This document shows, one piece after another, positions 18,475 to 28,835 of a DNA stretch of 64,000 bases. Under the pieces are notes generated by a model. The model saw only the letters and a program-made list of their open reading frames with translations, had not been told where the DNA came from and made no database searches. The DNA comes from Phycisphaerae bacterium (GTDB lineage Bacteria; Planctomycetota; Phycisphaerae; UBA1845; Fen-1342): the NCBI GenBank assembly GCA_050115495.1, contig JASFQK010000016.1, positions 32,001 through 96,000 of the forward strand, in the 5' to 3' direction. The position numbers and the translations under genes were made by a program. The first letter of the stretch is position 1. Every line of letters begins with the position of its first letter.

Positions 18475-21144
18475 ATGCCTGCCGCGCAGAAGTCGTCTAT
18501 CTGGAAACAGATCCGTGGGCTGTCCGCCAACTTCTGGTTCGCCAACATCATGGAGATGTTCGAACGCCTGGCCTTCTTCGGCGTCCGGGCGATCGCGCCC
18601 CTGTTCCTGGTGGCCAGCGCGAACGAGAACGGCCTGGGATTGTCGTACAAGGAAAAGGGCGTCATCTACACGGTTTGGGCACTGCTGCAATGCCTGATTC
18701 CCATGGTGTCCGGCGGGTACACGGATCGCTACGGCTATCGCAAGAGCCTCGCCGTCGCCTTCGTGATCAACGTGCTCGGCTACCTGCTCATGGCCCAGTC
18801 GAAGCCCCTGGCCGACAGTTTCGCCGCCAGCGGGTGGGCTGGCGGCGGATTCTGGGTGTTCATGCTGGCGGCCTGTTTTGTGGCGACCGGTACGGCAATT
18901 TTCAAGCCGCCGGTGCAGGGCACCATCGCCCGGGCGACGACGGATGAGACGTCGTCAGTGGGGTGGGGCCTGTTCTACTGGGTGGTGAACATCGGTGGGG
19001 CACTGGCCCCGATGGGAGCGGCGATCCTGCGGGCGGACATCGACTGGCAGCTCGTGTTCTACGCGGCGGCCGCGGTGACCGCGTTCAACTTCATACCGGC
19101 GTTCGTGCTGTACCGGGAACCGGAGCGGGTTCCGCCGGCGGAGGGCGAGGAAGACAAGCCCCGCGGGCCGCTGGACGTGCTCGTCTCGTCGGTGACGAAC
19201 ATCGCCAAGGACGCCCGGTTGTGCATCTTCCTGCTGATCTTCTCCTGCTTCTGGCTGATGTTCATGCAGCTCTGGGACCTGCTGCCGAACTTCATCGACG
19301 AATGGGTGCAGTCACGCGACGTGGCCGGCTTCTTCGGCTGGTTCAGCAGCGGCTGGCTCCTGGCCGACGGGCAGGTCAAACCCGAGATCATCATCAACAT
19401 CGACTCGATCTCGATCATCCTGCTGGTGATCCCGCTGTCCTACCTCATCAGCCGGCTGCACAAGGTGGCGGCGATGATCATCGGCATGGTCATCGCGCTG
19501 TTCGGGTTCGTTGGGGCGGGGGCGACGAGTATCGGCCTGGTGTGCTGCATCATGGTCTTCATCTTCTCCATCGGCGAGATGGCGTGCAGCCCGACGTTCA
19601 GCGCGTACATCGGGCTCATCGCGCCGAAGGACAAGAAAGCCCTGTATATGGGCTACTCGAACATCCCGTTCGCCATCGGCTGGGCGCTGGGCAACCTGGT
19701 CGGCGGCTTCTTCTATGACGATTACGGTGCGAGGGCGACGCTGGCCCTGAAGCACCTGGCCGCTCATGTGGAACTGGTGGATCAGGCGGCGCCGGCGACG
19801 GACTGGAGTGACTCGCTGGAGAAGCTCCCGCCCCTGCTGCGGATCCAGCGCGACCAGGCCTTCGAAATCGTCGCGCGGGAGAACTTCGGCGGTGACACTG
19901 CCGCCGCCGCCAGCTACCTGAGAGACAGCTTCCGCTGGGACCGCGGGCAAGTGGCCAGCTTGGCCCTGGTGCATATGGCGTGCGAGCCGGTCGACCATGA
20001 CGATGTGGCCAAGGGGCTGGTCGAGGCCCTCACGAAGCAGGCCGAGGAGCCCGCGGTGAGTGAATACGTCGTACACCTAGCCACGTTGCTGGGCCCGGCG
20101 ACGAGCGCCCCCGCGACGAGCGCTCCCGCCACGAACGCCTCAGATCCGCTTCCCGCGGTCAGTCAGGCGTTGACGAAGGGCGACTTGAAGCTCGACGCGA
20201 TCGGGCTGGCCCGCGTCGTACAGCTTCTGCCGGGCATCGTCGGGAAGACGCGGGATAGCGCGGTCAGCGACTTGCGGAAAGAGCTCAACGCCGACCGGCC
20301 GGAGGGGCAGGTGCTCGAACAGGCTGATGTCGTCCGCCAGCTCTGGGATGAACTCGGCGACGATCCGGCGGTGCTGGATAACCTGGCCCTCGAATACCTT
20401 GCCCAGGCCAGCGGCGAACTCCAAACGGTCCTGGCCAACCTTCAGTACGAGTCAAAGGACGGGGACATCAAGGGGCGGGTGGAGGAGCTGACCGAACGGC
20501 TGGGGCTCGATCAGGGCAAGGCGTTCTACGCGCTCGGCGTGGCGATGGGGTGCGACGCGGCCGAGGTACAGCGCCGCCTGGACGATGAGGCTCTGGCCAG
20601 CGTACCCGAAGAGGATCGACCGCTGGTCTGGCTCGTTATGCAGCCGAAGTGGCGAGCGGTGGCCACGGCCTCCGCCAAGTGGCAGGATAACCTCGGCCTG
20701 CTGCGAGACCTGATCCAGGACGACCAGACGGCGCGGGAGATCGTGGCGGCGGAGATTGATCGCGAGAGCTGGCTGGCCCGCGCCCTGGCGGGGCTGCGGC
20801 GGCTGACTGGCTCGGCCACGGCCCGGACGCTCGTCGTGGACGGCATCAACTACACGCGTCTGGCGGCCAACCGCGACCTGATCGACAAGGCGCTGACAGC
20901 CAAAGACTGGAGCCAGCGGCCGGACGACGCCGCGCGGTTCCTGCAACTCAGCCGTTTCGAGGCTCGCGCCCTGGTCCGGGCCGACATCGACCGGGCCCGC
21001 CAGACCCTGTGGGACGAGCACCAGCCTTACATGGTTTGGGTGTACCTGGGGTTGTTCGGGCTCGGCGGCACCGTGGGCATGATCATCTTCTACTTTGTGA
21101 TTCGGCGGGGGATAAGCGGAGGAGCGGAAACGACGGCGGCCTGA
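18475..21144 (+). CDS. POT-like MFS transporter with about 430-aa inserted domain
   Basis: EMFERLAFFG (ExxER), GGYTDRYG, FKPP, FYWVVNIGG, FSIGEM..SP; long hydrophilic region before the last TM helix. Confidence 0.85.
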   Translation: MPAAQKSSIWKQIRGLSANFWFANIMEMFERLAFFGVRAIAPLFLVASANENGLGLSYKEKGVIYTVWALLQCLIPMVSGGYTDRYGYRKSLAVAFVINVLGYLLMAQSKPLADSFAASGWAGGGFWVFMLAACFVATGTAIFKPPVQGTIARATTDETSSVGWGLFYWVVNIGGALAPMGAAILRADIDWQLVFYAAAAVTAFNFIPAFVLYREPERVPPAEGEEDKPRGPLDVLVSSVTNIAKDARLCIFLLIFSCFWLMFMQLWDLLPNFIDEWVQSRDVAGFFGWFSSGWLLADGQVKPEIIINIDSISIILLVIPLSYLISRLHKVAAMIIGMVIALFGFVGAGATSIGLVCCIMVFIFSIGEMACSPTFSAYIGLIAPKDKKALYMGYSNIPFAIGWALGNLVGGFFYDDYGARATLALKHLAAHVELVDQAAPATDWSDSLEKLPPLLRIQRDQAFEIVARENFGGDTAAAASYLRDSFRWDRGQVASLALVHMACEPVDHDDVAKGLVEALTKQAEEPAVSEYVVHLATLLGPATSAPATSAPATNASDPLPAVSQALTKGDLKLDAIGLARVVQLLPGIVGKTRDSAVSDLRKELNADRPEGQVLEQADVVRQLWDELGDDPAVLDNLALEYLAQASGELQTVLANLQYESKDGDIKGRVEELTERLGLDQGKAFYALGVAMGCDAAEVQRRLDDEALASVPEEDRPLVWLVMQPKWRAVATASAKWQDNLGLLRDLIQDDQTAREIVAAEIDRESWLARALAGLRRLTGSATARTLVVDGINYTRLAANRDLIDKALTAKDWSQRPDDAARFLQLSRFEARALVRADIDRARQTLWDEHQPYMVWVYLGLFGLGGTVGMIIFYFVIRRGISGGAETTAA

Positions 21145-21176
21145 TTGCGGCCCGCCAGCGGCGATGGACAAACACC

Positions 21177-21206
21177 CGTCCCCCATCAGGTTGATGGTGG
21201 ACGGGC
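21177..21206. terminator. Hairpin between convergent genes
   Basis: CCCGTCC-CCATCA..TGATGG-GGACGGG stem. Confidence 0.5.
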
Positions 21207-21245
21207 GCTGTCCTTTGTGGGTTGGGCGTTTGTCGAGAAGCGGCG

Positions 21246-22397
21246 TTACTTGATGCTCAGCAGCTCGACGTCGAAGATCAGCGTGGCCTTGGGCGGGATG
21301 CGCGGCGGTCGGCCGGCTTCGCCGTAGGCAAGGTCGAAGGGGATGATGAGCTTGCGCTTCTCACCGACCTTCATCAGACCGACACCCTCGGTCCAGCCCT
21401 TGATGACCCTGTTGAGCGGGAACGCCGCCGGCTGACCGCGGTCGACCGAACTGTCGAACTTGGTTCCGTCGACGAGCCAGCCGGTGTAGTGCACCTCGAC
21501 GGTGTCGGTGGCCGCGGGCGAAGGGCCGGCACCGTCTTTCAGGATCACGTACATCAGGCCCGAGTCGGTCTTCTCGATCTTCTTGCCCGTCTCTTCTTCG
21601 ATCTTCTTGAGCAAGTCCTGCAACTTCTTCTCCTCTTCGGCCTGGGCCCGGCTCTCGGCCTCACGAGCGGCCTTTTCCTGTTCCTCGAGTACCTGGCGGA
21701 CCGCGTCACGGTCGTATTCACTTACCACTTTCACCGCCGTGATCACGGGTGGTTCGTTGGGGATGGACTTCTCCGGCGGGTGAGCCGGCCGGCTGGCGGC
21801 CAGCGCCGCCTCGTAGCGTTGCTGCTGGCGGGGGTCGGGGTGCGTATCGAGCTGCCGGATGGCGTCGACGACGTCCATGCCTTCGACGACCTTGCCGAAG
21901 ACGGCGTAGGCTGCTCCGCCGCGCGGCATGTCCAGCATGGCGTTGTCCACCACGTTGATGTAGAACTGCGACGTCGCCGAATCGGGCATCGCCGTGCGGG
22001 CCATGGCGATGGAGCCGCGGACGTTCTTCAGGCCGTTCTGCCACTCGTTCTTGATCGGTGGCCGCAGCCCGTCATTTTTCGGCTTGAACTCGGGTGTCAT
22101 GCCGCCGCCCTGGATCATGAAGTTCGGCATCACGCGGTGGAAGATCGTGCCGCCGTAGTAGCCGTCCTCGGCGTAGCGGATGAAGTTGTCGACGCTAACC
22201 GGGGCTTTCTCGGCGTCGAGTTCGACGGTGATGTCACCCAGCGTCGTCCGGATCGTCACGCGCGGGTGCAGGCCCGGGTTGGCCGGCTGGCTGGCGGCGG
22301 CGCCGGTTTCCGGCGGCGGCTCACTATTGGTTTCATTCTGGGCCAGCACTGGCGAAGCCAGCAAGAGCACGACCAGCGACGCGAGCAGACGGTTCAT
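21246..22397 (-). CDS. Secreted dual PPIase (cyclophilin + FKBP)
   Basis: Signal peptide. Cyclophilin motifs [30 protein letters not shown] motifs [27 protein letters not shown]. Confidence 0.92.
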   Translation of the reverse strand: MNRLLASLVVLLLASPVLAQNETNSEPPPETGAAASQPANPGLHPRVTIRTTLGDITVELDAEKAPVSVDNFIRYAEDGYYGGTIFHRVMPNFMIQGGGMTPEFKPKNDGLRPPIKNEWQNGLKNVRGSIAMARTAMPDSATSQFYINVVDNAMLDMPRGGAAYAVFGKVVEGMDVVDAIRQLDTHPDPRQQQRYEAALAASRPAHPPEKSIPNEPPVITAVKVVSEYDRDAVRQVLEEQEKAAREAESRAQAEEEKKLQDLLKKIEEETGKKIEKTDSGLMYVILKDGAGPSPAATDTVEVHYTGWLVDGTKFDSSVDRGQPAAFPLNRVIKGWTEGVGLMKVGEKRKLIIPFDLAYGEAGRPPRIPPKATLIFDVELLSIK

Positions 22398-22498
22398 AGC
22401 AAGCCTTTCCGTGTGCAGGTGAAATGGCCGCCGGGCCGGGCCTCGATACACGGGCGCCTCCGCCGACGGGCCGGAATCCGGTGAGTCAGCATACCCCA

Positions 22499-23299
22499 TC
22501 AGCCCGAACCGCGAAATGGAGCGTGGCCTCGCCCGGTGCGGGTCAGCCAGAACGGCAGGTAACAGACGCCGAACAGCAACACGCCCAGCACCGCCATTGA
22601 CGCGATCGGCCACGGCCAGGGTCCGAGATGGTCGTACAGCGACGGTCGGCCGGGCGGCCCGCACAGGTACATGTAGTTCGTGCCCAACGCCCAGTCGATC
22701 AGCCCCACCGGAATCGCCGCCAGGCCCGTGATCAACCATGTTCGCCAGACGGCCCCCGGTAGCGGCCGCCAGCGCAGGCCGATGGTCATCACCAGCACCG
22801 TGACGATGATCCCGCCGTGCGTCGCGAAGTAGCGCACGAAGGCGAAGGTGGGGAAGTCATCCTCCAGGTCGGGTGTCAGCAGGGCCTGTGACGTGCCGGC
22901 CAGGCCCCAGAAGTACGCGAGCTCGCACAAGACCTGTTGCAGGCGGCGGGCGCGGCTGAGCACCGTTCCCGCTGGTGGCGGTGGGGTGGGAACGTTCACC
23001 GTCGCCACGATGCACACGAGCAGGGCCAGGTCGCACAGGTGTAGCGGCAGGGCGTCGTCGAGCGCGCCATAGCCGCACAGCGCGGGTGAGACATTCTCGG
23101 TTAGCCAGGCCCACAGCAGCCCGGCCGCGAGGAGGTGACACGTCAACAGGGCGAGCAGCGGGCCGTGGGGCGTGGAGCCCGCACGGCGCAGCAACAGCCC
23201 AAGGGCGAGGCCGATGGCCACAATCGTCAGGAGCGCACCGACGTGGGTGGCGCTGTAGGACACGAACGCGTCGGCGGTGGTGACGGCCGGAGTAAGCAT
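22499..23299 (-). CDS. YwaF-like (TIGR02206-type) integral membrane protein
   Basis: [33 protein letters not shown]. Confidence 0.75.
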   Translation of the reverse strand: MLTPAVTTADAFVSYSATHVGALLTIVAIGLALGLLLRRAGSTPHGPLLALLTCHLLAAGLLWAWLTENVSPALCGYGALDDALPLHLCDLALLVCIVATVNVPTPPPPAGTVLSRARRLQQVLCELAYFWGLAGTSQALLTPDLEDDFPTFAFVRYFATHGGIIVTVLVMTIGLRWRPLPGAVWRTWLITGLAAIPVGLIDWALGTNYMYLCGPPGRPSLYDHLGPWPWPIASMAVLGVLLFGVCYLPFWLTRTGRGHAPFRGSG

Positions 23300-23313
23300 G
23301 ACGAGACGCCGAG

Positions 23314-24120
23314 CTAGCCGAGCTTGGCCATCAGGGCGGCGACGCGAGCCCGATCCACGGGCGCCGTCGAGATCCCCCCTTGCTTGAACGATGTTCCGAT
23401 AATGAAGCCGTCGGCGAGGCCGGCGAACTGCGCGACGTTCGCCGATGTTACGCCGCTGCCGACGAAGACGGGCGTGCCGTCGGCGGCGTCTTTGACTTGG
23501 CGGACATCGTCTGGGGGCGTGGGGCGGCCGGTCGCGCCGCCGGTGACGAACAGGGCGTCGGCGCCGCCACGATGGACGAGGTCGGCAACTTCTTCAGCGA
23601 CGGGGCGGGGCGGGCCCAGCGGGGCGGAGTGCTTGACGTTCACGTCGGCGAAGATGCGGATGGCCTCGGCGCCGAGCCATTTCCGCTCGCGCAGCAGCTC
23701 GTAGGCGATGCCCTCGATGATGCCCTGGTCCGTGACGCGGGCCCCGCACAGGACGTTCACGCGGATGAACGCGGCCCCGACGGCTGCGGCGACGGCCAGC
23801 GCGCTGCGCCCGTCGTTTCGCAGCACGTTGATCCCGAGCGGCAAGTCGAACCGCCGGCGGACCTCGCCGGCGAGCACGGTCATCCAGCTCACGACGTAGC
23901 GGGGCACGCGGCGGGCGGTGAAGGGGGTGTCGCCGAAGTTCTCCATCATCAGGGCGTGCACGCCGCCGGCGACGAGGGCTTCGGCGTCGCGCAGCAGGGC
24001 GTCGCGGAGCGCGGCGGTGTCACCGGCGAAGCCGGGGCTGCCGGGCAGCGGCGGCAAGTGCAGCATGCCGATGACCGGGCGGTCGAAGGCGGACCGGTTC
24101 GGGAAGAGCGGGGCGGACAT
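23314..24120 (-). CDS. BtpA/SgcQ family TIM-barrel protein
   Basis: IGMLHLPPLPGSP, ENFGDTPF, GINVLRND, ADVNVKHS, VTGGATG, GSGV. Confidence 0.9.
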   Translation of the reverse strand: MSAPLFPNRSAFDRPVIGMLHLPPLPGSPGFAGDTAALRDALLRDAEALVAGGVHALMMENFGDTPFTARRVPRYVVSWMTVLAGEVRRRFDLPLGINVLRNDGRSALAVAAAVGAAFIRVNVLCGARVTDQGIIEGIAYELLRERKWLGAEAIRIFADVNVKHSAPLGPPRPVAEEVADLVHRGGADALFVTGGATGRPTPPDDVRQVKDAADGTPVFVGSGVTSANVAQFAGLADGFIIGTSFKQGGISTAPVDRARVAALMAKLG

Positions 24121-24364
24121 GGCTGGCAGACTAGCGGCAGGCGGGACGCAAGGGAAGCGGGGGACGTGGGGCGGGCTCGGCCCGTCGATTGCGTTTTGAC
24201 CGAGTGGGCGTCGCATGCGCAGGCGTTGGATCGGCGGGTGGAACCCGCCGCAATGCGGTACGGGCGGCATGATCCGCGGCGTTGCGGGCACGAGAAAAGC
24301 CCCGGACGCGGGGGAGAACGCCGTCGTCCGGGGCCTACTTCATGCTGGCGGCGTGGCCGCCGGC

Positions 24365-25330
24365 TTACTTCAGCTTGTCTTCGTATTCCTTGAGGGTCTT
24401 TTCGAGGGCGGCTTTCATCTCGGGGTTGTCGGCGACGAGCTCGATGGCCTTCTTCTGGAGCTCGATGGCGGCCTGCTTGTCACCCGTGTCCCACAGGGCC
24501 CGGGCGTAGGTGTCGATGATGGCCGGGTGCTTGCTCTCGGTGAGCTCATCCGCCAGCTTGGCCAGTTTGAGGGCGAGCTTGAGATCACGGTAGCGGAAGT
24601 CCTCGTTGGTGAGGATTTCCCAGGAGATGGAGTTGAGCACCATGGAGTCCTTGTCGATGAGCGGGACAAACTGCTCAGCGAGCTCCCGGCACACCTTCTC
24701 GCCATCCGGGCTGCACGCCGCCTCGACGTACTTCTCGAGCAGCGGGAGGGCCTTGGTGCGGTTCTCCTCGCGCTTCTGCTGCTCGGCGTAGTCCTTGCGG
24801 GCCTTGGCCAGGTCCCACTTGTCCGCGAGGACGGCCTCGAGCACGGGGTCCATGCTCATGGGATGGCCGAGCCAGGCGATGCGGCCTTCCTTATCGATGA
24901 TGAACGCCGTGGGGATGCCGCGCTGCTTGAAGGCGACCATGTAGGCGGCGTTGGTCTTGCCCTTCTCATCTTCCTCGTAGGCGACGGCGTAGTCCATGTC
25001 GTCGCCCCGGTCCTTGACGAAGTTCTGCACGACTTCGAGGTTCCTGTCGTCGGAGCTGATGCCGACGATGACCAGGCCGTCCTTCTCGTACTTCTTCTGG
25101 AGCTTGGTGAGGTGGGGGATGCTCGTGCGGCAGGGCCCGCACCAGGTGGCCCAGAACTCGATGACGTAGACGTTCTTACCGCGGCCGTCCTTCATGTCGA
25201 TCGGGCCGCCCTTGACCCACTCCTTGACCTGGAGCGGCGGGGCCGGGTCGCCGATTTCGATGGCCATGGCCAGCGTGGCAGCGCAGAAAACGCACAGGAC
25301 AGCCAGTAGACTGGTCCGGACGCGAAACAT
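24365..25330 (-). CDS. Secreted TlpA-like thioredoxin with helical C-terminal domain
   Basis: Signal peptide, EFWATWCGPC, GIPTAFIIDKEG; C-terminal DTYARALW TPR-like helices. Confidence 0.88.
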   Translation of the reverse strand: MFRVRTSLLAVLCVFCAATLAMAIEIGDPAPPLQVKEWVKGGPIDMKDGRGKNVYVIEFWATWCGPCRTSIPHLTKLQKKYEKDGLVIVGISSDDRNLEVVQNFVKDRGDDMDYAVAYEEDEKGKTNAAYMVAFKQRGIPTAFIIDKEGRIAWLGHPMSMDPVLEAVLADKWDLAKARKDYAEQQKREENRTKALPLLEKYVEAACSPDGEKVCRELAEQFVPLIDKDSMVLNSISWEILTNEDFRYRDLKLALKLAKLADELTESKHPAIIDTYARALWDTGDKQAAIELQKKAIELVADNPEMKAALEKTLKEYEDKLK

Positions 25331-25561
25331 ACAGACTCCTTTTCAGCGCCAGTGGTCGAAGCGCCCCGTGACGTTAAGGTTTACTGGAATAACCATATCG
25401 TAGCGGGGCCTATTCCCGCAAGCGCTACTGCTCCGGCGCGGGCGGCCGGGCCGGTGAGGCGGCCGAGTTTGGGGGCCGTGCCGTCGGGAAGTCGCCCGGG
25501 CCGGCGAGCGGGCGTATAGTGGTCGCGATGACGGGGGTGAGTTGTCGGTGGAGCATGGTCG

Positions 25562-25966
25562 ATGGTCGAGCAGATCAGCATTCGCACATCCGGCCAGGGG
25601 CTACGCGAGATCACCTCGGAAATACAGGCTGTGGTACGGGCTGCCGGCGTGCGGGAGGGGTTGTGTACGGTGCTCGTGCAGCATACGTCTGCGAGCCTGC
25701 TCATCCAGGAGAACGCCGACCCGAGTGCCCGGCGGGATCTGGAGGCGTGGCTGAATCGGCTGGTGCCGGAGGATGACCCGCTGTACACGCACACGGCGGA
25801 GGGCGGGGACGATATGCCGGCGCACGTGAAGGCGGCGCTGACGGCGACCAGTTTGTCGATTCCTGTAAGCTCCGGGCGGCTGGGGCTGGGGACGTGGCAG
25901 GGGATCTACGTGTGGGAGCACCGCCGACGGGGCGGCCAGCGGCGGTGCCTGGTGCACGTGGCGTGA
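25562..25966 (+). CDS. YjbQ/UPF0047 family protein
   Basis: HTSASLLIQENADP, H..EG.DDMPAHVK, LGTWQGIY. Confidence 0.92.
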   Translation: MVEQISIRTSGQGLREITSEIQAVVRAAGVREGLCTVLVQHTSASLLIQENADPSARRDLEAWLNRLVPEDDPLYTHTAEGGDDMPAHVKAALTATSLSIPVSSGRLGLGTWQGIYVWEHRRRGGQRRCLVHVA

Positions 25967-25998
25967 CTGAGATCGGGATTGCCGCGGGCCCGTGCGGG

Positions 25999-26616
25999 TC
26001 ACTTCGTGTCGTCGCCGGAGCCGATGGTCGATTCTCCACACTCGGGGCAGCGGTCGCCGAAGTGGCCGGTGAGGTTGTAGCCGCAGTGCCGACAGGCCCG
26101 GTAGGCCCTCCAGGCAACGCCGCGACTCGCCGCCGTCATGACGATGAGCCAGAGCAGCAGACCGAGCAGCCAGGCACCGTACAGGCCATACAACTGGCCA
26201 CGCGTCATGGGTTCCAGCACCCCGCCGCTGCCCAGCGGCGCGTACAACTCCTTGAACTTCAGCAGGATGACAAACGCCGGTGAGATCAGCACCAAGGTCA
26301 GAGCCCAGCATAGCCGGCTGAAGCGGCGGAAGTGGTCCCACGTGGACTTCCATCTCGCTCCGTGCCAGAACGCTACCAGTTGCCCGATCGCCAGGCCGAC
26401 CGTGATGACGCCGCTGTAGAGCACAGCCCGAAACACCAGATCTCTCGCCAGCGAAGCGGCCGTTCCACGGTCGTTCCTGGTCTCGCGCGCGTGCCGGTCG
26501 GCGACGATGAGCACGGGTATGCAGGCAAGAAGGACAACGCCGACGATGAGCCGCTGTCGGGCGCCTCGTGCAGGCGTGTTCCCTCCGCCCCGCGGCTGTT
26601 TCCCAAAGACGCTCAT
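25999..26616 (-). CDS. Membrane protein with C-terminal Zn-ribbon
   Basis: Four hydrophobic segments, then CRHCGYNLTG..RCPECG. Confidence 0.75.
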   Translation of the reverse strand: MSVFGKQPRGGGNTPARGARQRLIVGVVLLACIPVLIVADRHARETRNDRGTAASLARDLVFRAVLYSGVITVGLAIGQLVAFWHGARWKSTWDHFRRFSRLCWALTLVLISPAFVILLKFKELYAPLGSGGVLEPMTRGQLYGLYGAWLLGLLLWLIVMTAASRGVAWRAYRACRHCGYNLTGHFGDRCPECGESTIGSGDDTK

Positions 26617-26799
26617 CGGACGTGACGTCCTTGCCCTGGACTGGTCGGGCGGGCCGACGCGGCGTCCCGCTCGCCCCGCAACCAGTATAGGTGCCGCGCG
26701 GCCGTCCAGTCAGTCCGCCGGCCTACTGGCATCGGCGGCGCAGAAGGGTTACAAACCTCGCAGTGGCCGCCATTCTCGCGGCCGGAATGGGGATCATCA

Positions 26800-27591
26800 A
26801 TGCCGAAGTACCTCCTGGCTGTCGCCATCGTGCTCGCGCTGCTCGCTGTGCTGCGTTTTCTGCGCTGGCGACGGATGCGCAAGCTGGCCGCGGGTATCCT
26901 GAATGACCTGGAGCGGATACACGTCCCGCGGCACGAGTACCGGCCGGCGAATCCGGGCGACTTCCCTCACGTGGACCAGGACTTCTACGACGGCAACAGC
27001 GCGTTCCTGTCGCAGAATGGTTTCAGGTTCCTCGCAGACATGGAGAACGTTACCGTCAACGCCGCGTGTCACGTGGTGCGCACGTACATCCGCACAATGC
27101 TGGCCGACGATGGAACGACCGCCGTCAGCCTCTACGACCCGAGGCGCGCGCCAGAGCCTGGTCAGCCGGCGGTCGAAGCGGTGACGAAGCTGGGCGGCGT
27201 GGCCGACTTCGGCACGGACTTCACAGACGGCACGTTTATCGGCACCAGCAACGCCCCGGACGCCGACGTCTGGGAGTTGCCGCCGCAGATGCAGACCGAG
27301 CACCTCGGCGCGGATGCGACGCTCACGGAGCTCATTGTGCGCCATGCCGAACGCGTCGTGCAGTACGCCGACGAGCGTCCGGACGCCCACCCGGTCGTGT
27401 TCCATTCCCTGGAGGACGTGCTGGCCTCCGCGCAGCAGACGCAGGCCGTCCGGGCGGCCCACCGGCGTTCGTTGGGCATGATCACGCGGGAGGAACTGCG
27501 GCGGTTGGCCGGCGGTCGGCAGGGCTTCGCGGACGAGCTGTATGCGGAAATCCAGCGGTTGCGGGCCAAACGCCGTCCGGCAGGGGAGTAG
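26800..27591 (+). CDS. Hypothetical membrane-anchored protein
   Basis: N-terminal hydrophobic helix followed by basic residues; codon usage like neighbouring genes. Confidence 0.7.
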   Translation: MPKYLLAVAIVLALLAVLRFLRWRRMRKLAAGILNDLERIHVPRHEYRPANPGDFPHVDQDFYDGNSAFLSQNGFRFLADMENVTVNAACHVVRTYIRTMLADDGTTAVSLYDPRRAPEPGQPAVEAVTKLGGVADFGTDFTDGTFIGTSNAPDADVWELPPQMQTEHLGADATLTELIVRHAERVVQYADERPDAHPVVFHSLEDVLASAQQTQAVRAAHRRSLGMITREELRRLAGGRQGFADELYAEIQRLRAKRRPAGE

Positions 27592-27654
27592 CCCGGACCA
27601 CCCGCCGGCCGGCGACGCGCGTTGCCCAGATAAGGGCCAAGCCGGGCCCGGCGC

Positions 27655-27682
27655 TTGACTTGACGGGCTGGGGTGGTACGCT
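27655..27682 (+). promoter_or_regulatory. sigma70-like promoter upstream of the tRNA
   Basis: TTGACT-16bp-TACGCT, with TG upstream of the -10. Confidence 0.5.
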
Positions 27683-27718
27683 AAGTGTCTGTCGGCGGTC
27701 GTCCGAACGCCCCGCCGA

Positions 27719-27786
27719 TCCCCAATAGCTCAATGGTAGAGCGAGCGGCTGTTGACCGCTTGTAGGTTCGAGTCCTACTCGGGGAG
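27719..27786 (+). tRNA. tRNA-Asn(GTT), degenerate (probable pseudo-tRNA)
   Basis: D arm GCTC-AATGGTA-GAGC; anticodon arm AGCGG-CTGTTGA-CCGCT; T arm GTAGG-TTCGAGT-CCTAC. Variable loop only 1 nt, A-C mismatch in the acceptor stem, G at position 37. Confidence 0.8.
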
Positions 27787-27830
27787 CTTGAGTTTTGACG
27801 GGGTATTTCCCCGACCTGATAGTTGACGGA

Positions 27831-27862
27831 GAGCCCCGGAGCGAAAGCCGCCGGGGCTTTTC
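27831..27862 (+). terminator. Intrinsic terminator after the tRNA
   Basis: AGCCCCGG..CCGGGGCT followed by TTTT. Confidence 0.7.
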
Positions 27863-28093
27863 TGTAACCTATTGGAACCAAAGGGTTATGGCCAGTTTCG
27901 AACGACAACCCGATTCTCTGTTTCGCAAGAGACTGACTGGGGTCCAAGAGCAACCATCGTGGTTGCTTTCGGCAGCGCGGAAATTTGGCCGCGAACTCTC
28001 GCACTCTCTCGTGAACAGATCGAGCCGCGTTAACCGCCAGGTTGCTTCCGCACCCCGTAGCGATTTCGGACTCTCTGGCGAGTGAGGCCCCGA

Positions 28094-28633
28094 ATGAACT
28101 CATCGCAGTCCACCGAAGCACCTCGCGCCCTGATTCTGGCCGGCCCCAACGGCTCGGGCAAGACCACGTTCGCCACGGAATTTCTGACGGCCGAAGGCTA
28201 CTGCCCGACATTCCTCAACGCCGACCTGATCGCCGCTGGTTTGTCGCCGTTCGCCCCGGAAAAGGCCAACATCACCGCTATGCGACTGATGGCCGAACGT
28301 ATCCGCGAGTGTGTCGATCAGCGGCTGGATTTTTCGGTTGAATCAACGCTGGCCGGTCGAACCTACGCCAACCTGATCCGTGAATGGAAACAAGTTGGCT
28401 ACGTCGTGAAGATCGTTTTCTTGCGACTGGATTCTCCGGAAATGGCCATCGCCCGTGTTCAACACCGCGTGCGGATGGGCGGGCACAACATCCCTGAACC
28501 GGTCATCCGGCGGCGATTCGAACAGGGCTGGTCGAACTTTCAGAACACCTACAAGGCACTGGTGGATAGCTGGCAGGTCTATGATGCAACCAGAACTCCG
28601 CCGGCGCTCATTGACGAAGGAGGCCAGGCATAA
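28094..28633 (+). CDS. Zeta-toxin-like / COG4185 P-loop NTPase
   Basis: LAGPNGSGKTT, NADLIAAGLSP, ESTLAG, RVRMGGHNIPEPVIRRRF. Confidence 0.85.
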   Translation: MNSSQSTEAPRALILAGPNGSGKTTFATEFLTAEGYCPTFLNADLIAAGLSPFAPEKANITAMRLMAERIRECVDQRLDFSVESTLAGRTYANLIREWKQVGYVVKIVFLRLDSPEMAIARVQHRVRMGGHNIPEPVIRRRFEQGWSNFQNTYKALVDSWQVYDATRTPPALIDEGGQA

Positions 28634-28827
28634 TGAATTGGTCAGACAAGAATAAAGACATGGCTGGCACACAAGCGGCAATGCTTCGCGCCACCCGCAA
28701 GGCGATCAGCGAAGCCAAGCTGCGCGGCGAACTCGTTCCTCAATGGCGCGACGGCAAAGTTGTCTGGGTACGCCCGGAAGAGGTCGAATTGCCCCCGGCA
28801 CAAGGGGACCAGTCACCGGAGAGATAG
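28633..28827 (+). CDS. Small protein coupled to the NTPase (putative partner)
   Basis: TAATG stop/start overlap; 64 aa, ending ..WRDGKVVWV. Confidence 0.7.
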   Translation: MNWSDKNKDMAGTQAAMLRATRKAISEAKLRGELVPQWRDGKVVWVRPEEVELPPAQGDQSPER

Positions 28828-28835
28828 GTGCAGCC

